DNA from: Vicugna vicugna
Taxonomy: Eukaryota
Length of the DNA: 64,000 bases
Direction: 5' to 3'
Assembly (NCBI GenBank): GCA_013265495.1
Contig: MU058287.1
Location: 124,001 to 188,000, forward strand
Shown here: in pieces, positions 62,313 to 64,000 of the stretch
How positions within the stretch are numbered: position 1 is the first letter of the stretch
How the letters are laid out: every line of letters begins with the position of its first letter
The notes under the pieces: model-generated
Seen by the model: the letters and a program-made list of their open reading frames with translations, nothing else
The model's database searches: none
What the model was told of the DNA's origin: nothing
Made by a program: the position numbers and the translations under genes

Positions 62313-64000
62313 CCTTTCAAATTTGTGTTATAAAACACAGTATAATTGACTAGATCCTCCTGTTCATAGAATTGATGTATGACTTGTTCTCTGAGTTCCT
62401 GTAGAAGAATGAAAGGTCAGGAAACTCAACATTCTGAGCCATAGAAAGTGGATTCTTTCCTGCTCTCAATTCCAAATGAGAGTAGAATGTAAAATAAATG
62501 AATTTGTATGGATATTTTGTCATTAGGGTGGATTTAAGGAAAATAAAAAATAGAGAGAAAACACGATCAATTCCATGTTTCTCACAGCTCATTTTGCCAA
62601 GCATCACAAACCTCACATATCTGTTTTGCCTAGAAGGTTTTTTTTCTCTCAGAATTTCGGTTGGTAGAATCACTTCTTCAATTTAGAATATTCCAGAGTT
62701 GCTTTACCATCTTCTAGGTCAGAGATTTCAGTAACTGTTCTATAGAGAAAGAAAAATGTCTGTATGAATGGTCATTTCTAATTAGCTCTAAGTGGGTATA
62801 AAATGAGCCAAGAATGACATTTAGAGCAAGCATGCTAAGAAACACCCTGCTGAGTTTTTATCTTCATTTGAGTCAGCTTGGCCTTCTCAAATGTCTGAAT
62901 GTGGCTTGGCGTTACCCATTTTATCTGAAAAACGAATTCCAAAATTTCCTGATAGACACGGCCTCTGTTCAGTTCTGCAGGTAAAAGCTAGCTGGGAAGT
63001 AAAATTAATATTTTTCAGCAGCATTTTCAAGCTATGCTTTTGACTGAACTAACTCATAGCAACTGTTGGCTGCAGAACGCTAGCCATTGTGCAGAAGTGT
63101 GAGCAGAATGAGAGCGATGGGCCACTTCCTCCCTTCCTGCTGAGAGCTTACAGTTGCACGGAGAACACAGCCGTGGACCAGAGTGAGATAGATGGATACG
63201 AGTCAAAGAAGCAAAGGGACACGTGTGCAGCCAACTGTCTTATCTAATCAGGGGGCAGGAAGGGCCACTGATGCTTGGTCTTGTTAGAGTGTCAACGCTT
63301 AATTCTTAGGAGACGTTTTGAGGAATGGAAGGCTATAATTTAGCAAGGAGGGAGAACTGCGTGCTTTGGATACATCCAGAAAAAAAAAAAAAAAAGAGAA
63401 AAGAGTGGCATCATAAAATCAAGCAACACTGCAGAAATTAAAAATTTAAGTCACCATATTTATGCTGCATAAAAGCAACCTCATAAAACTGCCTCATCTC
63501 ACAGTCGCCCCTCAAACGTCTTTCTAAATCATCTTAGATATTTCCCCCAGCTATTCTAAAATTCAGTTTCCTTATCTGGAGTAAATTCTCCTAGGATCCT
63601 TTAAAAAACAAAAAACAATGAAAAAAAAACCCTCTACTTTATAATTCAGAAAAATTGCTGCAACCAACAGAAATCAAGGTGGTGGAGCTGCAGGGAGCTG
63701 CAGGAAGAAAGCCTGCTGGGAGGAGGGCAAGGAGGACTGCATGAGGGGTCCCATGCCAGTGACACCGCAGGGGCCAGCCCCGAAGGAGAAGCGAGAGAAG
63801 AGCAGAGGGGCTTCTCCTTCAGAGCCCACTGTGGCAGGGCCCCTGAGCCTCTCTGCATTGGGATAACTTTAGGTTAAGCTGGAAGGTTAGCTGAAACCAC
63901 CCACCCATCACCAATTCTACCATAAAGAACACACATCTCTTGTTGTGGCCGTTTAACAAGAGGCAAATATATATCGTTCTGACCCGTTCACTAAGTATTG

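Larger units (their letters stand above)
1..64000 (+). other. AIG1: Internal portion of AIG1 transcription unit (end of intron 1, exon 2, intron 2, exon 3, start of intron 3)
   Basis: Two exons on + splice in frame into contiguous AIG1 peptide. No first or later exon was recognised, so the gene extends beyond both window edges. Exon numbering is by analogy with human AIG1. Confidence 0.93.

Noticed and set aside
1..64000. Canonical androgen response element explaining androgen induction
   Set aside because: I saw no clean AGAACAnnnTGTTCT match by eye, only half-sites or wrong spacing (e.g. near 22515 and 34375). A PWM scan would be needed to exclude weaker sites.

Overview
This is mammalian genomic DNA, very probably a camelid (alpaca, llama or camel), judged from Vic-1-like tRNA-derived SINEs and young L1 3' ends. 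The whole window lies inside the AIG1 gene (androgen-induced 1, a Thr/His FAHFA hydrolase of the FAR-17a/AIG1 family) on the + strand. Two internal coding exons are present: 8060-8215 (156 nt) and 31334-31435 (102 nt). Both are phase 0/0 with canonical splice sites and are separated by a 23.1 kb intron. The rest is intronic sequence rich in decayed L1, L2, MIR, CR1/L3, MaLR/ERVL solo LTRs and DNA-transposon fossils, several of them nested and some with readable target-site duplications (TSDs). I found no prokaryotic features, CRISPR array, intact RNA gene or additional protein gene, and I see no convincing previously undescribed biological system. The best leads are modest: an exact ETS-CRE composite motif, a D-box/ETS cluster, a G4/ETS minisatellite, candidate recursive or cryptic splice sites, a perfect 66-bp tandem duplication, a SINE with a nested L1, and a GC-shifted old L1. 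Repeat families were assigned by eye from recalled consensus sequences, and boundaries without a TSD are approximate.
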